IMG/VR virus record: IMGVR_UViG_3300010376_000127
Coordinates: 1-24,268 of that record
Origin: a virus
Lineage: Duplodnaviria; Caudoviricetes
Strand: one strand, 5' to 3'
DNA: 24,268 nt
Shown: one piece after another, positions 1-7,295 of the stretch
How the letters are laid out: every line of letters starts with the position of its first letter
Numbering within the stretch: position 1 is the first letter of the stretch
Position numbers and translations under genes: made by a program
Notes under the pieces: generated by a model
Databases searched by the model: none
What the model was told of the DNA's origin: nothing
The model's input: only the letters and a program-made list of their open reading frames with translations

Positions 1-705
1 GTAGAAGAACAGCAGCTCGCCGATGGTCAGCTCCCGAAGGCGCGCGTCGGTCAGGTGTCGATGCCGAAACAGCAGGCGATCCCAAAACCTTTGATAGGCT
101 CCTTGATTCCATCCGCATTCGCCCACCATGAACGGACGCGCGCCGATGACTGCCTTCAACCGTGCAACCTCTGCCTCGCGCCCGCCTGCATTGCTGGCTG
201 ACACTTCCTCTGCTCCTCCAGGAGGATATCGATGTACGCTGATGCCGTAGTACGGATCAAGCGTCTTCAGCACTTCAGCTGTCCATGCCAACGTGCTTGT
301 TTCAAGCCCCGTCATGCACGTCCAGGCAGGAATGCCCTTAGACTTCAACGACGGAACGGCCAAGTTCATAACGCGTGCGAACTCATCCGCATCAAGCTTG
401 AGGTCGTACGTTGAGGCACCTGGACGAAGGGGCACTCCGACAGGCTCCGTGCCCATCTTCATAGGAATCGGATGCGAGACTTCAGCCCCGAGGACTCCTG
501 TTGGCACTTCGTCGACCTGCGTGCTGTCGCAGTAGATGAGGGCTTGCAGGCCTGCCTGATGAACCTCATCGACTAGCGTCGCCATGGGCGTCGTTTGTGC
601 TGCTGACTTGCCTGTGCGAACGATCTGCCAACCGTTATCCTTCAGGGCCTTCAGCACGTCGCTGCCGATCAAGCCTCCGAAGCCTGCCGTAATGCCTACC
701 TTCAC
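1..705 (-). CDS. Putative clan GH-A glycoside hydrolase (TIM barrel), runs off the left edge; not in the ORF track
   Basis: Manual translation from GTG at 705 (SD AAGGAGG upstream) is open for 235 codons to position 1: MKVGITAGFGGLIGSDVLKALKDNGWQIVRT...LVDEVHQAGLQALIY...MGTEP...GISVHRYP...RPFMVGECGW. These match GH-A motifs (G..vR, NEP-like TEP acid/base, svH.Y, P.vtE.GW nucleophile). Confidence 0.7.
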   Translation of the reverse strand, partial: MKVGITAGFGGLIGSDVLKALKDNGWQIVRTGKSAAQTTPMATLVDEVHQAGLQALIYCDSTQVDEVPTGVLGAEVSHPIPMKMGTEPVGVPLRPGASTYDLKLDADEFARVMNLAVPSLKSKGIPAWTCMTGLETSTLAWTAEVLKTLDPYYGISVHRYPPGGAEEVSASNAGGREAEVARLKAVIGARPFMVGECGWNQGAYQRFWDRLLFRHRHLTDARLRELTIGELLFFY

Positions 706-717
706 GCGCGTCCTCCT

Positions 718-2067
718 TCAGTAGCCGACTGCCGTGTTCGGCGGCAGCATCTTGAACGTCGTCGGATCCATGAGCGGTGCCAGTCCTCCAGCAGCCAGCA
801 ACGTGTTGCCAGAAGGCAGGGGGAACTGCGTGTCGCCTGAATTGAGCTCGATGAAGTTGTCAGAGAACATGTACGGCGCAGCCCATTGATCGAGCACGCC
901 TTGTCCTGGCGCCATGCCGTCAGACATGATGCCGTATTGTCCAGCCTTCAAAGCGTTTGCTGTGAAGGTGAGCGGAGACTTCACGCCATTGCTGACGATG
1001 AAGTAGAGGAACGTCGAATCCCACGGCACGATGCCCGGGAAGGTGTTGTTCGTCACGATGAGCGCCTTGGCGACGCCGTTGTTGACGTAGATGCCGCGTG
1101 GGCTGTCCGTGAACAGGTTATGCTTGATGGTGATCGTTTGTGTCTGCTGCGATGGATAAGTGTCGTCGCTGCCGAGGATGTTGACTGCCTTGCCCTCTAC
1201 GCAGTTCTTCGTGACATTGTTGGAGATGGTCACGTCATCCACAAGCGCCCATGGCGTATCGTTGTTCTGGTTGCGGACCGTAATCACGATCGGCGTTCCA
1301 TCTTGACCTGAAGTCCAGCAGCCATCGCACGTGTTGCCGTCGATGAGCACGTGCACGCCAACCTTGATCTCGATCGCGTTCTTCACCGTCGCGCCGTTGG
1401 TCCTCCAAGCAGTTGGCTTGGTGCAGACGTTGTCCTTGATCATGATGTTGCTGGGCAGGCAGTTCGGGATGCGGATCGTGTCTCCTCCGAAGAGGATGGC
1501 GTTCGCAGCACCCTCAAGGTAGCATGCGCTGATCTCATACGGGCCTGCGCCATTGTTCCCCCAGACTGCCTGCGCATCCTGCCCGTTCAGCCAGTAGCCC
1601 AGCACCTGCGAACTCGTCAGCATGAGGTTCGTGCCGTGCAGGCTCACGCCGCGGTGCGCGCCTGTTCCTGGCGCAACGACCGTTATGCCAGCCAGAGTCA
1701 CAGAGTCCGGCTGCGCAGCTTCTGTGGTTGCTGCTGGATCTCCGACCTCGACGGCCGTGCCCGTCCCGCCATGGATGGAGATGCCTGTAACGTGAACTTG
1801 ACTCGCACAAATGGACAACGTCACTTGCGTAGGATCATCAGGCTGAAGGATGGCATCCTTCGTGCCGCTAAGGGACGTGCCCAGCACGCTGATGACGAAG
1901 CTTCCTATGTATGTGCCTGGTTGCACGGTAATGCTGCCGCCCTGCAGCAAGGCTGCCGTCAGCTCTGCTGATGTGGTGACGACTGTGCCCGCTGGCGGCT
2001 GGTTCAACAGCGCCAGCGCCGCGGTGGCATCCGACTGAATTCTCGTCAGATAGTCCTGTACGTTCAT
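718..2067 (-). CDS. Right-handed parallel beta-helix (pectate-lyase-like fold) protein, putative polysaccharide depolymerase, 449 aa
   Basis: SD GGAGGGGG before ATG; lead-in VVTTSAELTAALLQGGSITVQPGTY typical of beta-helix enzymes; repeated I.I..N.. rungs (NIMIKDNV, VLIDGNT, VTISNNV, ITIKHNLF, IVTNNTF). Confidence 0.8.
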   Translation of the reverse strand: MNVQDYLTRIQSDATAALALLNQPPAGTVVTTSAELTAALLQGGSITVQPGTYIGSFVISVLGTSLSGTKDAILQPDDPTQVTLSICASQVHVTGISIHGGTGTAVEVGDPAATTEAAQPDSVTLAGITVVAPGTGAHRGVSLHGTNLMLTSSQVLGYWLNGQDAQAVWGNNGAGPYEISACYLEGAANAILFGGDTIRIPNCLPSNIMIKDNVCTKPTAWRTNGATVKNAIEIKVGVHVLIDGNTCDGCWTSGQDGTPIVITVRNQNNDTPWALVDDVTISNNVTKNCVEGKAVNILGSDDTYPSQQTQTITIKHNLFTDSPRGIYVNNGVAKALIVTNNTFPGIVPWDSTFLYFIVSNGVKSPLTFTANALKAGQYGIMSDGMAPGQGVLDQWAAPYMFSDNFIELNSGDTQFPLPSGNTLLAAGGLAPLMDPTTFKMLPPNTAVGY

Positions 2068-2096
2068 GGCCCCTCCGTGTGTTCTTCCCTGCTTCT

Positions 2097-2375
2097 TTAC
2101 GACGCCTTTGGCAGTTTGACCGACTGCTTCTCCTCAGTGCTCGGCAGCCACGAACGATCCTGCTTGCCTGCAATCCACAGGATGGCGGTGGCGATGACGG
2201 TGATCCAATGCACTTCCTTGGGCGTGACGTTAAGCCCGAGATAGCTGCCCCAGTAGTTGACGTCGATGACGTTGGCAGTGACCAACGTTGCTGCTGATAC
2301 GATGCGCAGCCACAGCCACGTAAACATGTCGCGCGTAAATCCTAGCCTTGTCAGGCATCGTACCAGCCAGTTCAT
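2097..2375 (-). CDS. Putative holin, 92 aa, two hydrophobic segments and a charged C-terminus
   Basis: True start is M47 of the track ORF (ATG 2375, SD GAGGAG, ATGA overlap with upstream stop); hydrophobic MFTWLWLRIVSAATLVTANVI and VHWITVIATAILWIAG; tail STEEKQSVKLPKAS. Confidence 0.55.
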   Translation of the reverse strand: MNWLVRCLTRLGFTRDMFTWLWLRIVSAATLVTANVIDVNYWGSYLGLNVTPKEVHWITVIATAILWIAGKQDRSWLPSTEEKQSVKLPKAS

Positions 2376-2575
2376 GCTATCTTCTCCTCTGTGTTTGGAA
2401 ACATGGCTTCTTCGAGAGCCTTCACCAAGTCTGCGATGACCACTGCTGCCAAGTCTGCCAGCTCCTTGTTGGTAAGCGTGCAGCCGTCGACGCGGTAGTA
2501 TTTGAGCTGCCAAAGCTTGGCCTCGAGCATGGCGACAGCGGAGTCATTTTCGAACTGCTTCTTGTTTGGGATCAC
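2372..2575 (-). CDS. Hypothetical helical protein, ~67 aa
   Basis: GTG at 2575 overlaps the upstream TGA (GTGA), and its stop overlaps the holin ATG, so it fills the gap exactly; MIPNKKQFENDSAVAMLEAKLW... Confidence 0.55.
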   Translation of the reverse strand: MIPNKKQFENDSAVAMLEAKLWQLKYYRVDGCTLTNKELADLAAVVIADLVKALEEAMFPNTEEKIA

Positions 2576-3705
2576 CACGTCAACAGCGGGCGGCCGTCTG
2601 GCAGCCTGCAGCCTCCCGTGCCCATGAGGGGCGGGCACGACCCATCCGACGTACAATACAGCATCTCCAACCCCCGCAAGCAGCCATATTCCTCAGAGCA
2701 CTTGCCGTACAGCTGTGCGTCGTTGATCAGCTCAGACGAATAGATCGACGGCGTGTTGTAGCCTGCACGCGCCCAGAAGCGGCGAATGTCCCAAAGCTTC
2801 GCGCCCATGTAGCCTGCGCTGGAGAGCGGTTGCAGGCCTGCGCCATGCTGGGCATTGTAGCAGGAGGGATCGCCGTAGGGACGGTCGACGCCGCCGATCT
2901 TACAGACTGGATTGTACGCATCCATCTGTGCGAACAGTCCCCGGACGCGGCCCTTCCACTGCGCGATCCAATGCACCATCTCGGCATCTGCTTGATCGGG
3001 CGGCACATTGACCGGATACCCGGGATAGTTCGCGGTGAAGTGCAGGTCGACTGGAATGCCTGTCGGGTTCACGCGTGCGCAGACGTTGGCGATGATGTCG
3101 TCTGCTCCTCCTGGACCCGGAGGGCAGCCGTTGTTCAGCTCCTGTCCAGGCAGCAGCGACGCAATGTTGTCGAGCGTATGTTGGCTTCTGGCAAGCAGGA
3201 CGTCCAGGAACTGGTTGATGCGTCCGCCGATCGTGTTCCAACCGCCGCTGCGGTTGTCGCGCGAGCTGGACAGCCAGACCAGCACGTAGAAGCCCCACGA
3301 CTGCACGTATTCGATCAGGTCGCAGAACTGTGCGTCGCTCATGCCTGCATCGTCAGCCTGTCTGCGGTCGAGCAGGAAGCAGGGATAGCTCCTGGTCGCA
3401 TGTGCGCACAAGATGTTGTCAATCCAAGGCTGCTGATACTTCGGCAGCAGGAACGACATGGTCATTTCAGGAGGCGTCGTGTTTGCGCCGTCGACGAACG
3501 GTGGGGCTGAAGGCAGCATCACGCCGCCGAGGTCAAAGAGCATGAAGTCACGCGTGCGCGACGTCGGCAGGATCAGGTCTGGCGGCTGCGTCGTATGCAC
3601 AAGGCCCCAGTCGTCAGATGGGTCGAAGGGTGGCAATGACTTCTGCAGCGTCGGTGGACACTTACCTCCGCCGCCGCCGTAACGGCGTAGAAGCTTGAAC
3701 TTCAT
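2572..3705 (-). CDS. Putative TIM-barrel glycoside hydrolase-like protein, 377 aa, with basic N-terminal peptide + Gly5 linker
   Basis: ATGA coupling to upstream gene; alternating beta/alpha pattern with GH-A-like segments FCDLIEYVQSWGFYVLVWL, LLPGQELNN (candidate acid/base Glu), PVDLHFT, IYSSEL (candidate nucleophile Glu). The gene is solid; the function is inferred. Confidence 0.5.
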   Translation of the reverse strand: MKFKLLRRYGGGGGKCPPTLQKSLPPFDPSDDWGLVHTTQPPDLILPTSRTRDFMLFDLGGVMLPSAPPFVDGANTTPPEMTMSFLLPKYQQPWIDNILCAHATRSYPCFLLDRRQADDAGMSDAQFCDLIEYVQSWGFYVLVWLSSSRDNRSGGWNTIGGRINQFLDVLLARSQHTLDNIASLLPGQELNNGCPPGPGGADDIIANVCARVNPTGIPVDLHFTANYPGYPVNVPPDQADAEMVHWIAQWKGRVRGLFAQMDAYNPVCKIGGVDRPYGDPSCYNAQHGAGLQPLSSAGYMGAKLWDIRRFWARAGYNTPSIYSSELINDAQLYGKCSEEYGCLRGLEMLYCTSDGSCPPLMGTGGCRLPDGRPLLTW

Positions 3706-5534
3706 TGCTGCACCTCGACGACCAACGTAAACCCGATGATGTCATCCCGGTAGAGGATGATGCGCTGCGTGTCATCCTCTTGCCGTATCTGGAACAGCTC
3801 GAAGGGCCCCGGGTTGGAGTCGCCCGGACGAGACTGCAACGATCCGTTGTTCTGGATCGACAGCCAAACTCCTGCCGCGGCGTATTTCGCTGCATAAAGG
3901 TTGCCCTGCGGGACGAAGTCGATCTGCTCCCAGGGGCCTCCGGCATTGGGTGCGTTTGGTCTGTTGAAATACACGTGCTTTGCTGGGTCGCCCGGGTTGA
4001 CGCCTGTGTAATATAGTTCCTTCGCGCCCCATTCGTTGATCTTTGCGAACCCCTGAAACTGATCCATGTGCAACCTCCTTAACTGTTTCCATGACGACGT
4101 AGGAACCGGCGGCAGCTGCGCCAATCCGACGCGGCTTTGCTCCTGCAGCAGGTTGGCAAAGGCCTGCTGCAGCTCTGGATGCGCAACGATGCCGTTAGCC
4201 CTGTCGTATTCAAACGGCATGATCAAGATGATGCGCGGCGACAAGTTCACGACTTCAGACAGGTGCTGCAGTCCGTCGCAGACCTGCTGTACGGTGAAGA
4301 GCTCGTTCGGCGGCGCATTGCCGGCGCAGTAGAACATGGGAATGACGCCCACGCTTCCAGGCCACTGCGCCAACAGGTCTTGCGCCTGCTGATGCCAGCG
4401 CGCCACTGACTGCGCCAACGTTTCGGCAGTGCTGAGGTAAAGCTCGATGCTGGGCAGGTCGCATGACCTCAGGCCAGCAGGCACCGTCCACGGCGTCGTT
4501 GCGTCGTGCGCCAACACGAGGCGCGTCTTCAACCCTTCAGCAGTCTTCAGGTCTTGGGCAGGATTGATTGCTTCAGAGTAGATGCCGTCCATCATGCCTT
4601 TGAACGGCCCTCCCAGGCTGTCCGAGGCGGCTATGTACGGCCTGTTCGCACTTTGACCGGACTGGTTGACCACAACTTCAGCCGGAGATCCGGCCGTTCC
4701 TGCCGGGTCCTTGAAGGGGGCTACCAGCACAGGATGTTGGAAGCTGAAGGTCGGAACGACGACTGGAGGCACCAAGGGCACAGGAGGCTGAGAGAGGTCG
4801 ACGACCATGTTGACGTTCGTTCCTGGCGCCTCTCCCTGCGTTGAGGACCAACACACGCGCAGCTCGCCGTTGATGTTTCGGCAGCGTTGGTTGTAGGCAG
4901 GAGACTTCGACAGGATGTAGCCCAGGTTCGAGCCGTTCTCCTGCGCGACCAACCCGACGTTGTTCATCCAGCCAACGACCCAGGTGATGCCGTTGACGAC
5001 GGCTACCCTCTTGTCGATCATGGGCAGCGCCGTCACGACGTTGATGCCGTATTGTCCTGAGTCCCACACGAACTGTCCGCGCCCGACGATCTCCAGCCCA
5101 TATGCAGTCGCTGGCACGTGCTCGATCGTGCCGTCAGGCCAATAGACGTTGAAGTCGGTGCAGGAAGGATCGGAGCACAGCGCGATGCCCCCGTCAGGAT
5201 GCGACGGGCCGCGCTCGTCTGTCTTCGTCAGCGCCATGTGCGAGCCAGCATGAAAGCTGAAGTTTGCATACAACCCAGCAGCAGAAGCGGCATAACGTCC
5301 TCCTGCAGCTCCGATCATGTTGGCGCCTCGGCCGTCGACGTCTGTGATGGCTCCTGTGATGATGTCGTAAACCCTCAGCATCCAAATGCCGGATGCATTT
5401 GGGCCGTTGAAGATGATATGATCGTCGTCAAACCAGCAGGCACAGCCTCCAGGAGCAACGTAGGCGTTGTCCAAGGAGACGCCTGAGCCTGCGACGCCTC
5501 CTGCCATCTGTCCGCGCGAGTTAAGCGCTGGCAT
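3702..5534 (-). CDS. Multidomain protein, 610 aa: beta-propeller-like N-terminus, Pro linker, alpha/beta (barrel-like) middle domain, C-terminal fascin/beta-trefoil-like domain
   Basis: N-terminal ~250 aa is all short beta strands (CWFDDDHIIFN, LRVYDIITG); linker PPVPLVPPVVVP; middle domain has about 8 strand-helix units; C-terminal GPWEQIDF and GPFELFQI repeats resemble fascin-like beta-trefoil GPWE.F motifs. Confidence 0.55.
   Translation of the reverse strand: MPALNSRGQMAGGVAGSGVSLDNAYVAPGGCACWFDDDHIIFNGPNASGIWMLRVYDIITGAITDVDGRGANMIGAAGGRYAASAAGLYANFSFHAGSHMALTKTDERGPSHPDGGIALCSDPSCTDFNVYWPDGTIEHVPATAYGLEIVGRGQFVWDSGQYGINVVTALPMIDKRVAVVNGITWVVGWMNNVGLVAQENGSNLGYILSKSPAYNQRCRNINGELRVCWSSTQGEAPGTNVNMVVDLSQPPVPLVPPVVVPTFSFQHPVLVAPFKDPAGTAGSPAEVVVNQSGQSANRPYIAASDSLGGPFKGMMDGIYSEAINPAQDLKTAEGLKTRLVLAHDATTPWTVPAGLRSCDLPSIELYLSTAETLAQSVARWHQQAQDLLAQWPGSVGVIPMFYCAGNAPPNELFTVQQVCDGLQHLSEVVNLSPRIILIMPFEYDRANGIVAHPELQQAFANLLQEQSRVGLAQLPPVPTSSWKQLRRLHMDQFQGFAKINEWGAKELYYTGVNPGDPAKHVYFNRPNAPNAGGPWEQIDFVPQGNLYAAKYAAAGVWLSIQNNGSLQSRPGDSNPGPFELFQIRQEDDTQRIILYRDDIIGFTLVVEVQQ
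4068..4081 (-). promoter_or_regulatory. Internal perfect Shine-Dalgarno (TAAGGAGGT) 5 nt before in-frame ATG at 4067
   Basis: Minus strand reads CAG TTA AGG AGG TTG CAC ATG GAT; ATG 4067 is codon 490 of the 610-aa gene. Confidence 0.75.
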
Positions 5535-5883
5535 CGTTCACCGCCTGTTCGTACAGCTTCGTCACGTTTGGAATCCAGTTGACGTTGAGGTCGTTAGGAT
5601 CGTTTGCGACGCCGACGGGCGCCCAGTATTTGCCAACCTCAGCCACCGCTGCGGGCGCATCTTCCGTCAAGGACTTGTCGATAATGCGGTGCGCAGCCGT
5701 GCGGCAGGCCTCATCAACGGCCGCTTCGACTGAGGGTACGTTCGGATCTGAGCAGGCTACTGCCTTCTCGATGCGCGCCATGCCTCCTTCGGCGTCGATC
5801 ATGGCCATGACGAACAACGGGAACAGCTCAGACCCTCCTGCGAGGTGTTTTGCGCGCGCAGCAACGATTGGATCGACGACCAT
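5521..5883 (-). CDS. Small lysozyme-fold endolysin (glucosaminidase/GH73-like), ~120 aa
   Basis: SD AAGGAG before ATG ATG (5886/5883); candidate catalytic helix VMAMIDAEGG; C-terminal GKYWAPVGVANDPNDLNVNWIPNVTKLY resembles the KYAP...NDP..LN..W..NV motif of lysozyme-like glucosaminidases; follows two membrane-protein genes. Confidence 0.6.
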   Translation of the reverse strand: MVVDPIVAARAKHLAGGSELFPLFVMAMIDAEGGMARIEKAVACSDPNVPSVEAAVDEACRTAAHRIIDKSLTEDAPAAVAEVGKYWAPVGVANDPNDLNVNWIPNVTKLYEQAVNDASA

Positions 5884-6206
5884 CATTTCTCCTTCTCTGT
5901 CTTGAGCCTGAACTGCTCCAAGGCATTCAATCTTTTGTCGATTTGATCCAACCTGTTCTTCGGCCATTGCACAGGCTGCGTCACCGTCGTCGGCGGCGGC
6001 TTGGTGCCGAACACTTCCTGCTCCAAGATGTTCAAACGGCTGCTGCCGATCGCGTCAGCCGTCTTAACCTTCAAGATGCAGTCATCGATCCGCACCTTGT
6101 TGTCGCCGATCATCGTTCGCAGCACGCTGACCCTCTGGGCCAGCGCGATGTTGTAGCCAAAAGATGACGCCAGCAACACGAACAGGACTCCTGCAACCAA
6201 CCTCAA
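5883..6206 (-). CDS. Membrane-anchored coiled-coil protein, ~107 aa (i-spanin-like)
   Basis: Likely start TTG 6206 (SD GAGGTG, TTGA overlap) or GTG 6215, not the track start at 6455; N-terminal hydrophobic LVAGVLFVLLASSFGYNIALA, then coiled-coil segments split by a Pro-rich linker (KPPPTTVTQP). Confidence 0.5.
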   Translation of the reverse strand: MRLVAGVLFVLLASSFGYNIALAQRVSVLRTMIGDNKVRIDDCILKVKTADAIGSSRLNILEQEVFGTKPPPTTVTQPVQWPKNRLDQIDKRLNALEQFRLKTEKEK

Positions 6207-6589
6207 TCGAAGCACCTCTGCCTGTCGTCGGGCGTCCTTGCGGTGTTGCTGCAGATTCGTTGGAGCAGGCGGTAAATCTGATCCTCCTTGGCTATCTGCT
6301 GATCGATCAGCTGCCTCTCCTGAGCTTGCGTCTGATGCACTTCGACCGTCTCGGCGTAAATCTTCGGGGACCAGAGGCTGCCTTGGTAGACCAGCCACAT
6401 TGCGATCACGCTCGGCACTCCGATCAGCCCCACTGCTCGTATCATCGTCGACCATGACGGGCCTCCGTTCGTGATGGCTGCAAACATTTCAACGTCCTCC
6501 TGCCTTCGCCGGCTGGCACGTCGTTCTAACTCTTCGTTATCATAGTCAGGATCTTCAGGTACGATTGGCGTCATCGTTCGCCTTAACAT
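6203..6589 (-). CDS. Single-TM holin/antiholin-like membrane protein, up to 128 aa
   Basis: Charged N-terminus (ERRASRRRQED), one TM (MIRAVGLIGVPSVIAMWLVY), C-terminal coiled coil with a Cys pair; first gene of the lysis block. Start codon uncertain. Confidence 0.5.
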   Translation of the reverse strand: MLRRTMTPIVPEDPDYDNEELERRASRRRQEDVEMFAAITNGGPSWSTMIRAVGLIGVPSVIAMWLVYQGSLWSPKIYAETVEVHQTQAQERQLIDQQIAKEDQIYRLLQRICSNTARTPDDRQRCFD

Positions 6590-6833
6590 GATGGTATACG
6601 CCCAGGTCCTTATACTTCATCTTGTTCAAGTCGGCTTCAGGAAAGAAGATGACGCCCTGTTCCGTACCGCCGACCCTTATTTCAAACCCGTACCATGTCC
6701 TGCTGCCCTTCAGCGCGCCGAGGAAGACGCCGACGACGCTGTCTGGCTTTCCCCACCGCGGATGCGGAACTTGCCACATGTCTGGCGTCATGCCTGACAG
6801 CCTGTAGGCATGTCCGCGGTGAAGCTTCTTCAC
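6555..6833 (-). CDS. Hypothetical protein, 92 aa
   Basis: GTG start with AAGGA upstream, 3 nt after the previous stop; fills the operon gap. Confidence 0.55.
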   Translation of the reverse strand: MKKLHRGHAYRLSGMTPDMWQVPHPRWGKPDSVVGVFLGALKGSRTWYGFEIRVGGTEQGVIFFPEADLNKMKYKDLGVYHHVKANDDANRT

Positions 6834-6836
6834 GCA

Positions 6837-7295
6837 TCAGTCCTTCTTGTCGTCCCACACGACCAAGTTTGCGTCGGTCAACGGCCCAAGGTCTGCAGCC
6901 GTTACGAGTCCGCCGTCGAAGTCGTTGCCGTTGAACGGCCCCCAAGGCAACGTCACGTCTGCTGCGCGGAGGTCGCGGAACGCCGTGACGAATGCCAGCA
7001 TGGCCTTTGAATCGTCAGGGGGAATTTCGTGCATTTTCTCTTGCTGCCATCCCGCCCTCATTTCCATGGCCGTCGCAGGACGTTCGGTTCCGTGCAGCTT
7101 GAGCAGCTTCTGGCGCTGCTCCTCCATGAGGTCAAGCTCCGTTCCGACGAGCTTCTTCAGCTTCATCAGGTGGTAGGACTTCTTCGGCGGCAGGGCCAGT
7201 CCTGTTACGCGCGTCAAGGCTGGCGCTGCATCCATCAGCTTTCCCAACGTCGTCTTGATCTCAGGCATCTGCTTCTGCTCCTTTGTACGTTTCAT
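6837..7295 (-). CDS. Phage protein, DUF1617-like, 152 aa (possible tail fibre-associated chaperone)
   Basis: ATGA overlap with tail-tip gene (alternative start M10 with SD AAGGAG); motif LALPPKKSYHLMKLKKLVGTELDLMEEQRQKLLKLHG resembles the helical family commonly found just downstream of tail fibre genes. Confidence 0.6.
   Translation of the reverse strand: MKRTKEQKQMPEIKTTLGKLMDAAPALTRVTGLALPPKKSYHLMKLKKLVGTELDLMEEQRQKLLKLHGTERPATAMEMRAGWQQEKMHEIPPDDSKAMLAFVTAFRDLRAADVTLPWGPFNGNDFDGGLVTAADLGPLTDANLVVWDDKKD

Noticed and set aside
616-705. MKVGITAGFGGLIGSDVLKAL looks like an SDR/epimerase Rossmann GxxGxxG start
   Set aside because: Downstream sequence lacks SDR motifs such as YxxxK and instead shows ordered GH-A barrel motifs; the resemblance is a generic beta-alpha-beta unit.
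5883-6206. Embedded or adjacent o-spanin lipoprotein gene
   Set aside because: No lipobox-containing ORF found by eye in the alternative frames, so the spanin call remains tentative.
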